From: Methanobacteriota archaeon
GTDB lineage: Archaea; Thermoplasmatota; Thermoplasmata; SG8-5; DAIRED01
Assembly: GCA_043799545.1 (NCBI GenBank)
Contig: JAZDNO010000006.1
Coordinates: 157,868 to 221,867, forward strand
DNA: 64,000 bases
Direction of reading: 5' to 3'
Position 1 is the first letter of the stretch, and each line of letters opens with the position of its first letter. Positions 1 through 8,639 of the stretch are shown here, piece after piece. The position numbers and the translations under genes are program-made. Under the pieces are notes generated by a model. That model worked only from the letters and a program-made list of their open reading frames with translations, had not been told where the DNA came from and searched no databases.

Positions 1-3000
1 GGTGCTGTCGTGGTTCCATTTCGACTCGCCGTTCTCCATGTCGTCGTAGAAGAAGTAGACGTAGGTCGGGTAGGAGATGAGATTGTTGAACCACTCGATT
101 ATCTCCCCGGTCTCGTTTATCGGGTCCACCAACACATACAGGGTGCGCTGCCCCGCGAAGAGCGGCGTCCAGATGACCTCCGCGGTCGTGAAGCCGGCGG
201 GCGACACGGTTATCGAGTCCGAGCCTATCTGGGTCGTCCCGTCCATGAAGCGCACCAGCGCGTTCCCGCTCGTTCCGCCGGTGTTCTGCACCTTCGCCTG
301 GAGCACGTACGAGTCGCCGAGCTGCGGGTTGACCGCGGCTCCGGACGCGACCTTGACGCCGTCTATGAAGAAGTCCGTGAGGGCCGTGCGAAGCTCCACC
401 CGGAGCTCCGGCAGGCCGAACCAGCGCAGCACCATCTGCGCGAGCTCGGCGCTCGCGTTCGCGTTGCCCGGGAACTCCGAGGAGCCGTTGAGGTCCTGGA
501 ACGAGAACGATGTAGTCACTGACTTGAAGCCGCCCGTCGAGATGTTTACGGCGTTGAACCAGGACCCGTTGTAGGGGAACATCCCCCTCGCCAAAAACGT
601 CGGGAAGATGGCCTGGCTGGTTCCGGCCTTCAGCCTGTACGACGTGCCGTGGGTGATGTTGTGGCCGTCCACCCCCGCTAGGGACGCGGGCGCGACCACC
701 GCCGCGGCCGATGCAACCCCCAGGTAGTTCTGCTGGAAGACGCTGGCCCCGGTGTTCAGGCAGTTCCTTCCGACCAGCCAGAGGCATCCACTGTTGTTCA
801 GGTAGGCGCCGAGGTTCGTCGTGTCAGCAGGCAGCAGCGGGTTCGCCGCGTTTCCCGTGGACCATATCACCACGTTGAAGTCCTTCATGTAATCAAAGAT
901 TGGTCCGGGCTGGCCCGGGAGGACGGACCACGACTCGTTGAAGTGGCCGAGGCGCGTGAGCGCGTTCCTGATGGCGGTCGTCTCGTTCCCTGGCGCAATG
1001 TCCGTCTCGTCGTCGTCTACGACAAGTATGCGGAACTGGACGTTGATTGTTCCCGAGGCGAGATAGTTAGACACTACGTTGTTGTTCTCGTTGGTCTCCG
1101 TAATCAGCTTGTCGGGGTCGACTTCGAGGACTATGGTGTGGTACCCGACCAGTACGGGCGTCCAGACGAACGGCCCGACAGAAATCCAGTTCGAGCCGAT
1201 CGTGTTGCTCACGGTAATCTGGATGTCCGGGATGATGCCCTGGTCGTTCAGGGGCATGCCGTTGTAGTAGATTGTGAGCCTCACGGACGAAGTTTCGAGC
1301 TGCATTCCGTTGTTGCGGACTATGCCGGAGATTTGGACGGGCTGGCGGTAGTAGACGACGTCTTTATCTATGGTCTGTTCGGATATGGCGAGGTCCCGCC
1401 CGAAGGAGGTGTTGATGTTGCCGAGCCAGCGTATCACCTGGTAGGCGAGCTGAGCCTGGTCTGACGTGTCTTTAATCCTGGAGAACGCCCAGGGAGTGAA
1501 GTACGTTCTGGTGTTGTTGTTGATGTCGAATCCGACTCCGTAGCAGTCGCCGGTCGAGGTGTTGACCAGGGAGTTGAACGACCTGGGGTCTGCCCCCTTG
1601 TTGATCGCCCAGCCGTTCGTGAAACCCGTCTTGCGCGTGACGATGTCTATGCCGCCCCCGTTGAGGTATCCTGTCACGTTGTCCGACGGGCTCCCGCACG
1701 TGAGGTAGGTAGCCATCGAAGTCCTGTTTATCGCCCCGCCGCCTATGCTGAGGTTGGACTGCAAGAACGCGTTGATGCCCGGGTTGGCGGTGTCTGCGAG
1801 GATTCCCTGGCCTATCAGCCAGAGGCTGCCGGGGTTTAGACCGACTCCGAGGAACCTCTTGAGGTTGGTAACATCGTTGCTCGTGAGGGTGTTCCTCGTC
1901 GAGTAGCCAGTCATCCACACGACGACGTCGTAGTTGACCATCTTGAAGTCCCCTGTGCTATACCCCGGCCCGTCGCCCACGGCGACGCTGGTGAAGTCGT
2001 AGTCGAAGTTGCCCGCGGACAGCGCCGCCCTCATGAAGCTCGACGTGTCCTGGTCGGTTTTGTCGTTCGGGTAGCCGTCGTCGTCGACCACCAGTATCGT
2101 CGGCTGCACTGTGACCGTGATGTTTGCCTCGTGGTTGGTGAGGTCCTCATCCGGCACGCCCGGGTCTGGGATGAGTTCGACGACCAGCCTGTGCTCCCCG
2201 CCGTACGCTGGAATCCAATCGTGCGCGGTCACATCCGTGCTGCCGCCGTTCGGCGGAACCTGGACGAAGCTGATGTTGTCTATGATGTTCTTCGGGTTTG
2301 ACCTGAAATTCGCCTCCGTCGTGTTGTCCCAGAATACGACGGATATCATCGCCCCCTCTGCTCCCCAGTTGTATATCGTTGCAGTGATCTCGGCCTTCTT
2401 GTTGTGGACTAGCGAGCCGTACCCGAATGTGATGTTGGTGTCGTTGTACCAGCCAGGCGGTCCGGTCGGCCTCTGCACTATCGCCAGCTCGGACTGCCCG
2501 GTGAAGTCCCCGCCCAGGGGGAGGTAGACGACCTTGCTGGAATGGGCTCCGTCGATATCTGTGGCATTGAATGTGGCCGGGTGCATCCCGCGCTGGTAAA
2601 GGGCGCTGTCATACGGACCGGTCGCGGTGCCGGTGAATGTTCCGTCCTGGTCCGGGTCGCTGAGATGGACCTCGCCAGCTCCAAAATAAGTCATGTCAGC
2701 CCAAACGGTCGAGGGGTTCAGGTTGCCGTCGAAGTCGACGACCCTGACCGAGATTGTGAATTCCGCACCGTACTGGATGAAATTGTGGTCGAGGTCGTCG
2801 AACCTGGATGTGACGCTCGCCGACATTATCACCGGCGGGTAGTTGCGCGCGCCGGTCGGCTTCAGATCGGCCTGCCAGACGATTGCGCTCCTGTCCTCGG
2901 CGACTATCAGGACCGAAACTCGGGAGGAGGCGTCGATTACCCCGGCCCCGATTGTGTAATGCCAGGTCTCGCCAGTTTCCCAGTCCTCGTCCCCGTCGCC

Positions 3001-3327
3001 GTCGATGCCGGGCGTGGTCCTGTGCGAGCTGGATGTGTCGCCGATGATGAGCACGATGTCCGTCCACGTACCCATGAGGACTATTCCTCCCTTGTTGGTG
3101 ACGTTGACGTAGGCCCCCTGGGTCCAGTCCCCGGGGGAGACCTCCTCAAGGGTCCCCTCCAGGGACGTGTTCACGCTCGCCGTGGGCGTCGGGATGTTCC
3201 CGACCATGAATATGACCCCCGAGAACAGGACCACGGTTATCGCCAATATCAGCAAGGTCCCTACGACTTCCGAGACACCCTTCTTGTTCCACATGCGCTT
3301 GTTGTCAAAATGCCCGCTCATCGGCAT
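1..3327 (-). CDS. Large secreted surface protein with an archaeal class III (prepilin-type) signal peptide and CARDB-like repeats; the C-terminus runs off the left window edge
   Basis: The minus frame ending at nt 1 is consistent with one open reading frame across all 1109 codons (spot-translated at both ends). It is missing from the ORF track only because no stop lies in the window, and the + ORFs 10..3336 are antisense shadows. N-terminus MPMSGHFDNKRMWNKKG|VSEVVGTLLILAITVVLFSGV has a basic n-region, a G|VSE junction and a hydrophobic helix. Internal EVDPDKLITETNENNN and VDPINETGEIIEWFNN resemble CARDB domain ends. AGGGGTGA lies just upstream of ATG 3327/3321. Confidence 0.75.
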   Translation of the reverse strand, partial: MPMSGHFDNKRMWNKKGVSEVVGTLLILAITVVLFSGVIFMVGNIPTPTASVNTSLEGTLEEVSPGDWTQGAYVNVTNKGGIVLMGTWTDIVLIIGDTSSSHRTTPGIDGDGDEDWETGETWHYTIGAGVIDASSRVSVLIVAEDRSAIVWQADLKPTGARNYPPVIMSASVTSRFDDLDHNFIQYGAEFTISVRVVDFDGNLNPSTVWADMTYFGAGEVHLSDPDQDGTFTGTATGPYDSALYQRGMHPATFNATDIDGAHSSKVVYLPLGGDFTGQSELAIVQRPTGPPGWYNDTNITFGYGSLVHNKKAEITATIYNWGAEGAMISVVFWDNTTEANFRSNPKNIIDNISFVQVPPNGGSTDVTAHDWIPAYGGEHRLVVELIPDPGVPDEDLTNHEANITVTVQPTILVVDDDGYPNDKTDQDTSSFMRAALSAGNFDYDFTSVAVGDGPGYSTGDFKMVNYDVVVWMTGYSTRNTLTSNDVTNLKRFLGVGLNPGSLWLIGQGILADTANPGINAFLQSNLSIGGGAINRTSMATYLTCGSPSDNVTGYLNGGGIDIVTRKTGFTNGWAINKGADPRSFNSLVNTSTGDCYGVGFDINNNTRTYFTPWAFSRIKDTSDQAQLAYQVIRWLGNINTSFGRDLAISEQTIDKDVVYYRQPVQISGIVRNNGMQLETSSVRLTIYYNGMPLNDQGIIPDIQITVSNTIGSNWISVGPFVWTPVLVGYHTIVLEVDPDKLITETNENNNVVSNYLASGTINVQFRILVVDDDETDIAPGNETTAIRNALTRLGHFNESWSVLPGQPGPIFDYMKDFNVVIWSTGNAANPLLPADTTNLGAYLNNSGCLWLVGRNCLNTGASVFQQNYLGVASAAAVVAPASLAGVDGHNITHGTSYRLKAGTSQAIFPTFLARGMFPYNGSWFNAVNISTGGFKSVTTSFSFQDLNGSSEFPGNANASAELAQMVLRWFGLPELRVELRTALTDFFIDGVKVASGAAVNPQLGDSYVLQAKVQNTGGTSGNALVRFMDGTTQIGSDSITVSPAGFTTAEVIWTPLFAGQRTLYVLVDPINETGEIIEWFNNLISYPTYVYFFYDDMENGESKWNHDST

Positions 3328-3356
3328 CACCCCTAGCTATGGTACTCAAATCGGGC

Positions 3357-3372
3357 TCTATATATAAATATG
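3357..3372 (-). promoter_or_regulatory. TATA-box-like element upstream of the giant surface-protein gene
   Basis: The minus strand reads ACATATTTATATATAGAG about 30-45 nt upstream of ATG 3327, followed by a short leader carrying AGGGGTGA. Confidence 0.4.
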
Positions 3373-3421
3373 TAAGGTGGTTATAATCAAGCAATAATCA
3401 GGAAAAGGGGTTTATTAGGTC

Positions 3422-4621
3422 TTATATCACGCGCTTTTTCGACACCTTTTTCACGGACACTGGAGGGGAGGATTCTATCTTCTCTCCGCAGGCGTAGCAC
3501 ATCACAGCGTCCTTGGCAATCATGGTCCCGCAGGACGGGCACGGTATCTCGTCGCCCTCGGGCGCCGCCTCCTCCTTCGGGGCCTCCTCGCCGCCCATCT
3601 TGGACCCGCAGGCGTAGCACATGACCGCATCCTTGGCGACCATCGTTCCGCAGGACGGGCAGGCTACCTCGTCGCCTGAAGCGGCAGCCTCCTCCTTGGC
3701 CGGCGCAGCGCCCATCTTCGCGCCGCAGGCGAAGCACATGACGGCGTCCTTGGCGACCATCGTTCCGCAGGACGGGCAGGCTATCTCGTCGGCGGACGGC
3801 TCCGGGGCCGGCGCGCTCTCCTCAAGCTTCACTTCGGGCTCTCTCTGACTTTCCGGCTCAGGCGCCCTCTTCGGAGCCGCTGCCGCCCCGCCGGCCTTAA
3901 GCTGCTCCTCGCGCTCGAGAAGCTGGCGCTCCTTTTCCATGAGGCGCTTGCCGTCGGCGATGATCTTCTGCTTCGAATCGTTGAGGGCGGCCTCTTCCTT
4001 GGCCAGCATCTTCTCGCGCTCGACAAGCTCCTTGGCCTTGGCCACGTACTTGTCTATCGTCTCCTTGACCTCGCTCTCCCTTGCGAGGAGGCCTTCCTCC
4101 CTCGAGACGATGGCGTTGCGCTTCTTCTGGAAGTCGGCGTGGTCTGCGCGCGCCCCTTCCTGTAGGGTGAGGACTTCCTTCTCGCGGTTGGCGACGTCCT
4201 TCTCCTTTGCGACGACCTTTCCCCTCTCGACCTCAACAGACGCGAGCTTCTGGGCCGCGTCCTCTTCGCGGGCCTTCAGGCCCTTCTCTGTCTGGGAGAC
4301 CTTGAACTCGCGGTTTTTAATCTCGGTTTCCTTGGTCTGGATTGTGGACTTTTCTTTGGCCAGGGCTTCGGTGTCCTGGGCGAGCTTGCCCTGCTTGGAC
4401 GAGAGATCCTTTTCCTTTTCCTGAATCTTGCCTTCCTGGTCCTTCAGGCCGGCCTCCTTCGAGGCCAGCTGGCTCTTCTCGTTCTCGAGCGCCGCCCGCT
4501 CGGATTCCAATCGCGCTTCAGTGTCAGCGATAAACTGCTCTTTCTGGCGGAGCTCCTGGTCCTTCGCCTGAGCTGCTTCCGCCTGCTTCTTCATTATCTC
4601 CCAAATCGGTTCATCGGCCAA
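3422..4621 (-). CDS. Coiled-coil protein with three tandem C-terminal Cys4 zinc-ribbon units
   Basis: 399-aa ORF. About 250 aa are K/E/Q-rich heptad-like sequence, followed by an A/P/E-rich linker and then 3x CPSCGTM[VI]AKDAVMC[FY]ACG. Confidence 0.8.
   Translation of the reverse strand: MADEPIWEIMKKQAEAAQAKDQELRQKEQFIADTEARLESERAALENEKSQLASKEAGLKDQEGKIQEKEKDLSSKQGKLAQDTEALAKEKSTIQTKETEIKNREFKVSQTEKGLKAREEDAAQKLASVEVERGKVVAKEKDVANREKEVLTLQEGARADHADFQKKRNAIVSREEGLLARESEVKETIDKYVAKAKELVEREKMLAKEEAALNDSKQKIIADGKRLMEKERQLLEREEQLKAGGAAAAPKRAPEPESQREPEVKLEESAPAPEPSADEIACPSCGTMVAKDAVMCFACGAKMGAAPAKEEAAASGDEVACPSCGTMVAKDAVMCYACGSKMGGEEAPKEEAAPEGDEIPCPSCGTMIAKDAVMCYACGEKIESSPPVSVKKVSKKRVI
3425..3790. 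repeat. Three tandem coding repeats of 117-129 nt (zinc-ribbon units)
   Basis: Units at 3425..3553, 3554..3673 and 3674..3790 share long near-identical DNA runs, e.g. gcaggcgtagcacat...tccttggcgaccatcgttccgcaggacgggcagg. Confidence 0.9.
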
Positions 4622-4797
4622 GGAAATACCCCCGCGTTAACTAACTATACGCTGTCGCGAGGTATGAAACAGGCATTTAAGTATCTTATGGTTCAAGCCC
4701 GGTCTGCGGCATGAAATAATTTGTCACAGCTATCTATGGTGCAGGAGACTTGAACTTGCAGAACTTGTGATGGACGAAGGGCGAATCTTTCTGCGGT

Positions 4798-5511
4798 TCA
4801 AGCGTTGGAATCGAAGATTGGTCCGAGGACCACCATGCCTCCTTTCCCTATCTCCACCGCGTGGCGCTCCATGCTGTGCTGGCAGGCGCGCATCTTCTCG
4901 ACCTGGAGGTACCTGGTGAGCTTCCCGCGCGTCCTGTCCAGGCCCAGGAGCATGATGCCGTCGACGAGGAAACCCTCGTTGCCAAGCAGCTGCGACTCGC
5001 CGCCGGGCGAGCGCTCCATGACGATGAAGCAGACGAGGTTGTGGTCCCGCAGCATCTTGAAGAAGTAGAACATCCTCTTGCGCATGTTCGTGGCGTCCTC
5101 CATCAGGGAGTAGAGCGCGCCGAGCGAATCCAGCGTGAAAATGGTGAATCGGTCGCCGTGCTTCTTCTTGAAATGGACTATCATCTTCTCCAGGAAGGCC
5201 AGGTAATCGGTCTGCTCAACGGCGTCGGCCATCCGGTCAATCTCGCGCAGGTCCGTGAGATCGGAAATCTGCATGTTCTTCGTCAGGTGGATGCCGAGGC
5301 TCTCCATGTTGCGGACGTGGGAGTCGACCGTTTCCTCCATCGTGCAATAGAGGCCGAATTCGTTCGTCTTCTCCAGGTATTTGGACATCAGGGTGTAGCA
5401 GAAGCTGGTCTTCATCGAGCCCGGCGGACCGGTCACTAGAACGATTGACGGCGCCTTTATGTCGGTCCTGAAGACTTTGTCCAGTCCTTCGAGAGAGTCG
5501 CGGAACACCAT
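4798..5511 (-). CDS. KaiC/RecA-like single-domain ATPase with a deviant Walker A
   Basis: ORF 4798..5796 is trimmed to Met96 (ATG 5511) because the upstream 95 codons look non-coding. Motifs: VLVTGPPGSMKTSF (P-loop with M where G is expected before K), FTIFTLDSL (Walker B), LQVEKMRACQH. Domain order is as in KaiC/RadA-like ATPases. Confidence 0.8.
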   Translation of the reverse strand: MVFRDSLEGLDKVFRTDIKAPSIVLVTGPPGSMKTSFCYTLMSKYLEKTNEFGLYCTMEETVDSHVRNMESLGIHLTKNMQISDLTDLREIDRMADAVEQTDYLAFLEKMIVHFKKKHGDRFTIFTLDSLGALYSLMEDATNMRKRMFYFFKMLRDHNLVCFIVMERSPGGESQLLGNEGFLVDGIMLLGLDRTRGKLTRYLQVEKMRACQHSMERHAVEIGKGGMVVLGPIFDSNA

Positions 5512-5775
5512 AGGCTCCACCCCAAATCTTGGAAATGGGATATTGTTTGTCCCTCTTAATCTTATCGCCCCCGGCCCCAATACGGAAAATTTATGAAGGG
5601 GCGCACCATGGCAGTGATGCCACAGACTATACAGCACCGAGGTGACAGGAGCAACGAGGCAATCGTCAGGAAGCATTTTCTCGTTGCGACTGAACCTCGG
5701 CAGGGCAAATTGTATGGTGCCGAGGTGACAGAGTGGCCATGTGGCAGACTGCAGATCTGTACACGGGCGTTCAAA

Positions 5776-5873
5776 TCGCCCCCTCGGCCTTATCATTTTA
5801 TTGCATCCATGCGGCCGAGGGGAAATTAAAACTTAGCTGACATGAAGATGCAATTCGTTTTAGTTTTTCCCTC
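5776..5873. repeat. Structured repeat unit A1 (two abutting hairpins)
   Basis: Hairpin 1 pairs 5780-5789 with 5813-5822 (CCCCTCGGCC/GGCCGAGGGG) around a 23-nt loop. Hairpin 2 pairs 5817-5832 with 5857-5873 (16 bp, one bulge) around a 24-nt loop. Confidence 0.85.
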
Positions 5874-5908
5874 AGAAAGATGCAGTTCGGCACATGATAT
5901 TTCTTCGG

Positions 5909-6006
5909 TCGCCCCCTCGGCCTTATCATTTTATTGCATCCATGCGGCCGAGGGGAGACTAAATCTAAGATAACACTCTGATTTCATTCGATTTAGTCTT
6001 TCCCTC
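5909..6006. repeat. Structured repeat unit A2 (copy of A1 with compensatory stem changes)
   Basis: Hairpin 1 (5913-5922:5946-5955) is identical to that of A1, loop included. Hairpin 2 (5950-5965:5990-6006) differs in sequence but keeps its pairing. Confidence 0.85.
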
Positions 6007-6019
6007 GGCAAGAAATCCT

Positions 6020-6143
6020 AAATGGCTTCCTTGCCTCGGTCGCCCCCTCCTATGCCAGAGCATCCATCAGCAGGTTATCTCGGAATTGTGTTGGGAAATG
6101 GTTTCCTTGCCTCGGTCGCCCCCCTCCTATGCCAGAGCATCCA
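6020..6143. repeat. Two 47/48-nt direct repeats (B1 6020..6066, B2 6096..6143)
   Basis: Both copies read aaatgg[c/t]ttccttgcctcggtcgccccc(c)tcctatgccagagcatcca. They share the core TCGGTCGCCCCCTC with unit A2. Confidence 0.85.
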
Positions 6144-6167
6144 AACACAAGGAGTAGTCGAGGGCTC

Positions 6168-7565
6168 TCATTTGCCCGGCGGCTCGACGTGGATGATGAC
6201 GTGGTCGATTCCCCGGATTTCGTCGCGGATGACCCTCTCCAGCATGGTGGAAATCTCGTGCGCCATGTCCAAGGTTTCGTCCGCCAGCAGCTCGCAGTGC
6301 ATGTTCACGGAAAGCTTTCCCTCGGCCTTCCGGACTAGGATGTCGTGGCATCCCTTTATGCGCGGGTATCTCCCGACTATGTCTACCACTTCCTTGACGA
6401 CGTGCGCGTAATCCTCCGTCAAGTCCTGGCCTACTGAAATATCGCAAACGTGCGTCTCGATGTGGGTGTTTATCTCACCGATTCCTAGGGTCGCCCTGGC
6501 ATTCGTTTCGAACTCGTCGACGATGTCGTGCGCCTCCTTGACAGTATGCTTGGGGTCGAGCTCCAGGTGCAGGTCCACGGATATTAGCGAATCGATCTCG
6601 TGCATCTCGATGTTGTGGACCCCCTTGATGCCCTTCACCTTCAGGGCGATGAGGCTTACCTGGCTCGGCAAATCTTCGTCAGGGCTCTCGCGCGGCTCGA
6701 CCTGCACGACCACGTCCGCGCCCTCAAGCACCTCCCTCGCAGCATCCTCCACCATTTTGATTATTTCGCTGGAGGAATCGAGGGGCATGTTCCTGTCCAG
6801 GGATATCTTCACGTCCACGAATGCGTAGGGGCCGGAGGTCCTGGCCCTCACCCTCTCGCACCTGACGTTCTCTATGGCCTCGACATTGGACCGTATCGCG
6901 TCTATCTTGCCCTCCGGAGCCTTGTCCATCAGGTGGTCCATCGTTCGCTTGCCGAGCCTTATCGAGACGACAGTCACCAGCATCGCGACGCCCAGCGCCG
7001 CTATCGGGTCGCCGATGGGGAATCCCATCTTGACGAAAACCAGGCCGGCGATGACGACGGACGAGCTCAGTATGTCGCTGGAGAAATGAAGCGCGTCGGC
7101 TTCCAGCGCCTGAGAGTTGTACTTCTTTGCGGCGGCGTAGAGCGCGCGGGACCGGGAAACGTCGACGATGATGGATATCGACATCACGAGGAACGACGCC
7201 CAGCTTGCCTCGACGGCCGCTTCGTGGAAGAATATCCTGTTCATCGCCTCGTAGACAATCCAGAAACAGGTGAGGAGCAGGAGAATCGTCTCTATCAGGG
7301 CCGAAAAGTTCTCCACCTTGCCGTGGCCGAAAGGATGGTCGTCGTCCGCTGGCTTGACCGCAGAAATCACTGCCACCATCGTTATGGCCGCCGCGACGAA
7401 ATCCAGCCCCGAGTGCAGGGCCTCCGAGAGAATTCCAAGGCTGTTGGTGATTATCCCGACGTACAATTTGAAGAGGAGGAGAAATATCGCCGCCACTACG
7501 GAACTCAATGCGACTCGTTGCTTCGGGTCGTCCCAGATTTCTCGCATCTTTTGCGACATTCCCAT
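6168..7565 (-). CDS. Cation diffusion facilitator (CDF) metal efflux transporter with three tandem cytoplasmic C-terminal domains
   Basis: Six-helix TM region with HSGLDFVAAAI...DDDHPFGHGKVENFSALIE and HFSSDILSS. It is followed by three successive alpha/beta units, each ending like a CDF C-terminal domain (...VVVQVEP, ...INTHIE, ...VIIHVEPPGK). Total length is 465 aa against the usual ~300. Confidence 0.9.
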   Translation of the reverse strand: MGMSQKMREIWDDPKQRVALSSVVAAIFLLLFKLYVGIITNSLGILSEALHSGLDFVAAAITMVAVISAVKPADDDHPFGHGKVENFSALIETILLLLTCFWIVYEAMNRIFFHEAAVEASWASFLVMSISIIVDVSRSRALYAAAKKYNSQALEADALHFSSDILSSSVVIAGLVFVKMGFPIGDPIAALGVAMLVTVVSIRLGKRTMDHLMDKAPEGKIDAIRSNVEAIENVRCERVRARTSGPYAFVDVKISLDRNMPLDSSSEIIKMVEDAAREVLEGADVVVQVEPRESPDEDLPSQVSLIALKVKGIKGVHNIEMHEIDSLISVDLHLELDPKHTVKEAHDIVDEFETNARATLGIGEINTHIETHVCDISVGQDLTEDYAHVVKEVVDIVGRYPRIKGCHDILVRKAEGKLSVNMHCELLADETLDMAHEISTMLERVIRDEIRGIDHVIIHVEPPGK

Positions 7566-7679
7566 TTGAGGGTCCTCAGGCTACGAGCGCCGAACCCCCA
7601 ACAAAGTCCAGAGATATAGGGATTACCGTTGGAATTCCGCAGAAACGCATATTAGGCACAATGTTTCTCAGGAGGTTGC

Positions 7680-8639
7680 ATGCCCGAACCCGTTATCAAA
7701 GTCAGGAACCTGGTCAAGAAGTACGGAGATCTGGTCGCAGTCGACGGCATATCGTTCGACGTCCATCAGGGGGAGGTCTTCGCATTCCTCGGCCCTAACG
7801 GCGCCGGCAAGACGACGACCGTGGAGATTATCGAAACGATACGGGCTCACACCTCGGGCGAAGTCCTGCTTCTGGGGATGGACGTCTCGAAGAACAAGAA
7901 GAACATCGTGCCCAGGATCGGAGTGCTTCCCCAGCAATTCTCATCGTTCGACAGGATAACCGTCGAGGAAACCGTCCATTATTACGGAAGGCTCTTCGGC
8001 ATGAAGAACGTGGACGTGGGCGGCCTCATCCATCTTGTCAATCTCGATGACAAAAAGAAGGAGATGTACAAGAACCTCTCCGGCGGACTGAAGCAGCGTC
8101 TCGGCATAGCCATCGCCCTGGTCAACGACCCGGAGATCGTGTTCCTGGACGAGCCGACCACGGGCTTGGACCCGCGCGCCAGGCACGAGGTGTGGGAAGT
8201 TCTGGAAGGACTGAAGAAGCAGGGCAAGACAATCTTCCTCACGACGCACTACATGGAGGAGGCCGAGCTTCTGGCGGACAACCTCGCGATAATATCCAAG
8301 GGCAAGATAATCGAGACTGGCTCGCCCGAGAAAGTGGTGCAGAAGAACGCCAAGTACCAGCTCCTGACCCTCAGGGGAGTCGATGACGCGGCATTCAATC
8401 TGATTGCCGGGATGGGCTTCGAGCCGAACAGGAACAACCACAAGAACATCTGCGTCAAGGTGGCGAAGACGGACGACGTCCTGGCGATTCTGGAGAAGCT
8501 CAAGGATTCGAAGGCCGGATACGTCAGCTTCGACGTGCGGATGCCGAATCTGGAGGAGGTCTTCCTAATGCTGACCGGGGAGGCGCTGGCGACCGAGGCG
8601 GACATCGTCGCGAAGGCGGGAAAGAAAGGGGGGAAATAG
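7680..8639 (+). CDS. ABC transporter ATP-binding protein (ABC-2/drug-exporter type)
   Basis: Walker A GPNGAGKTTT, signature LSGGLKQRLGIAIAL, Walker B IVFLDEPTTGLD. The stop abuts the start of the next gene. Confidence 0.95.
   Translation: MPEPVIKVRNLVKKYGDLVAVDGISFDVHQGEVFAFLGPNGAGKTTTVEIIETIRAHTSGEVLLLGMDVSKNKKNIVPRIGVLPQQFSSFDRITVEETVHYYGRLFGMKNVDVGGLIHLVNLDDKKKEMYKNLSGGLKQRLGIAIALVNDPEIVFLDEPTTGLDPRARHEVWEVLEGLKKQGKTIFLTTHYMEEAELLADNLAIISKGKIIETGSPEKVVQKNAKYQLLTLRGVDDAAFNLIAGMGFEPNRNNHKNICVKVAKTDDVLAILEKLKDSKAGYVSFDVRMPNLEEVFLMLTGEALATEADIVAKAGKKGGK

Noticed and set aside
5512-5796. N-terminal 95 codons of ORF 4798..5796
   Set aside because: The sequence is not protein-like (Cys/His/Pro/Arg-rich), and the KaiC-like domain begins right after Met96. 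The upstream part lies in the low-GC intergenic region.
5593-5829. 78-aa + ORF (and 6022..6411) in the long intergenic region
   Set aside because: They run through the structured repeats, have no coding-like composition and overlap the CDF 3' end. They are more likely non-coding.
5776-6143. Possible mini-CRISPR array
   Set aside because: Repeat spacing is irregular (133, ~130 and 76 nt). Two different repeat families are present and the 'spacers' themselves are partly repeated and structured. No cas genes or leader are nearby.
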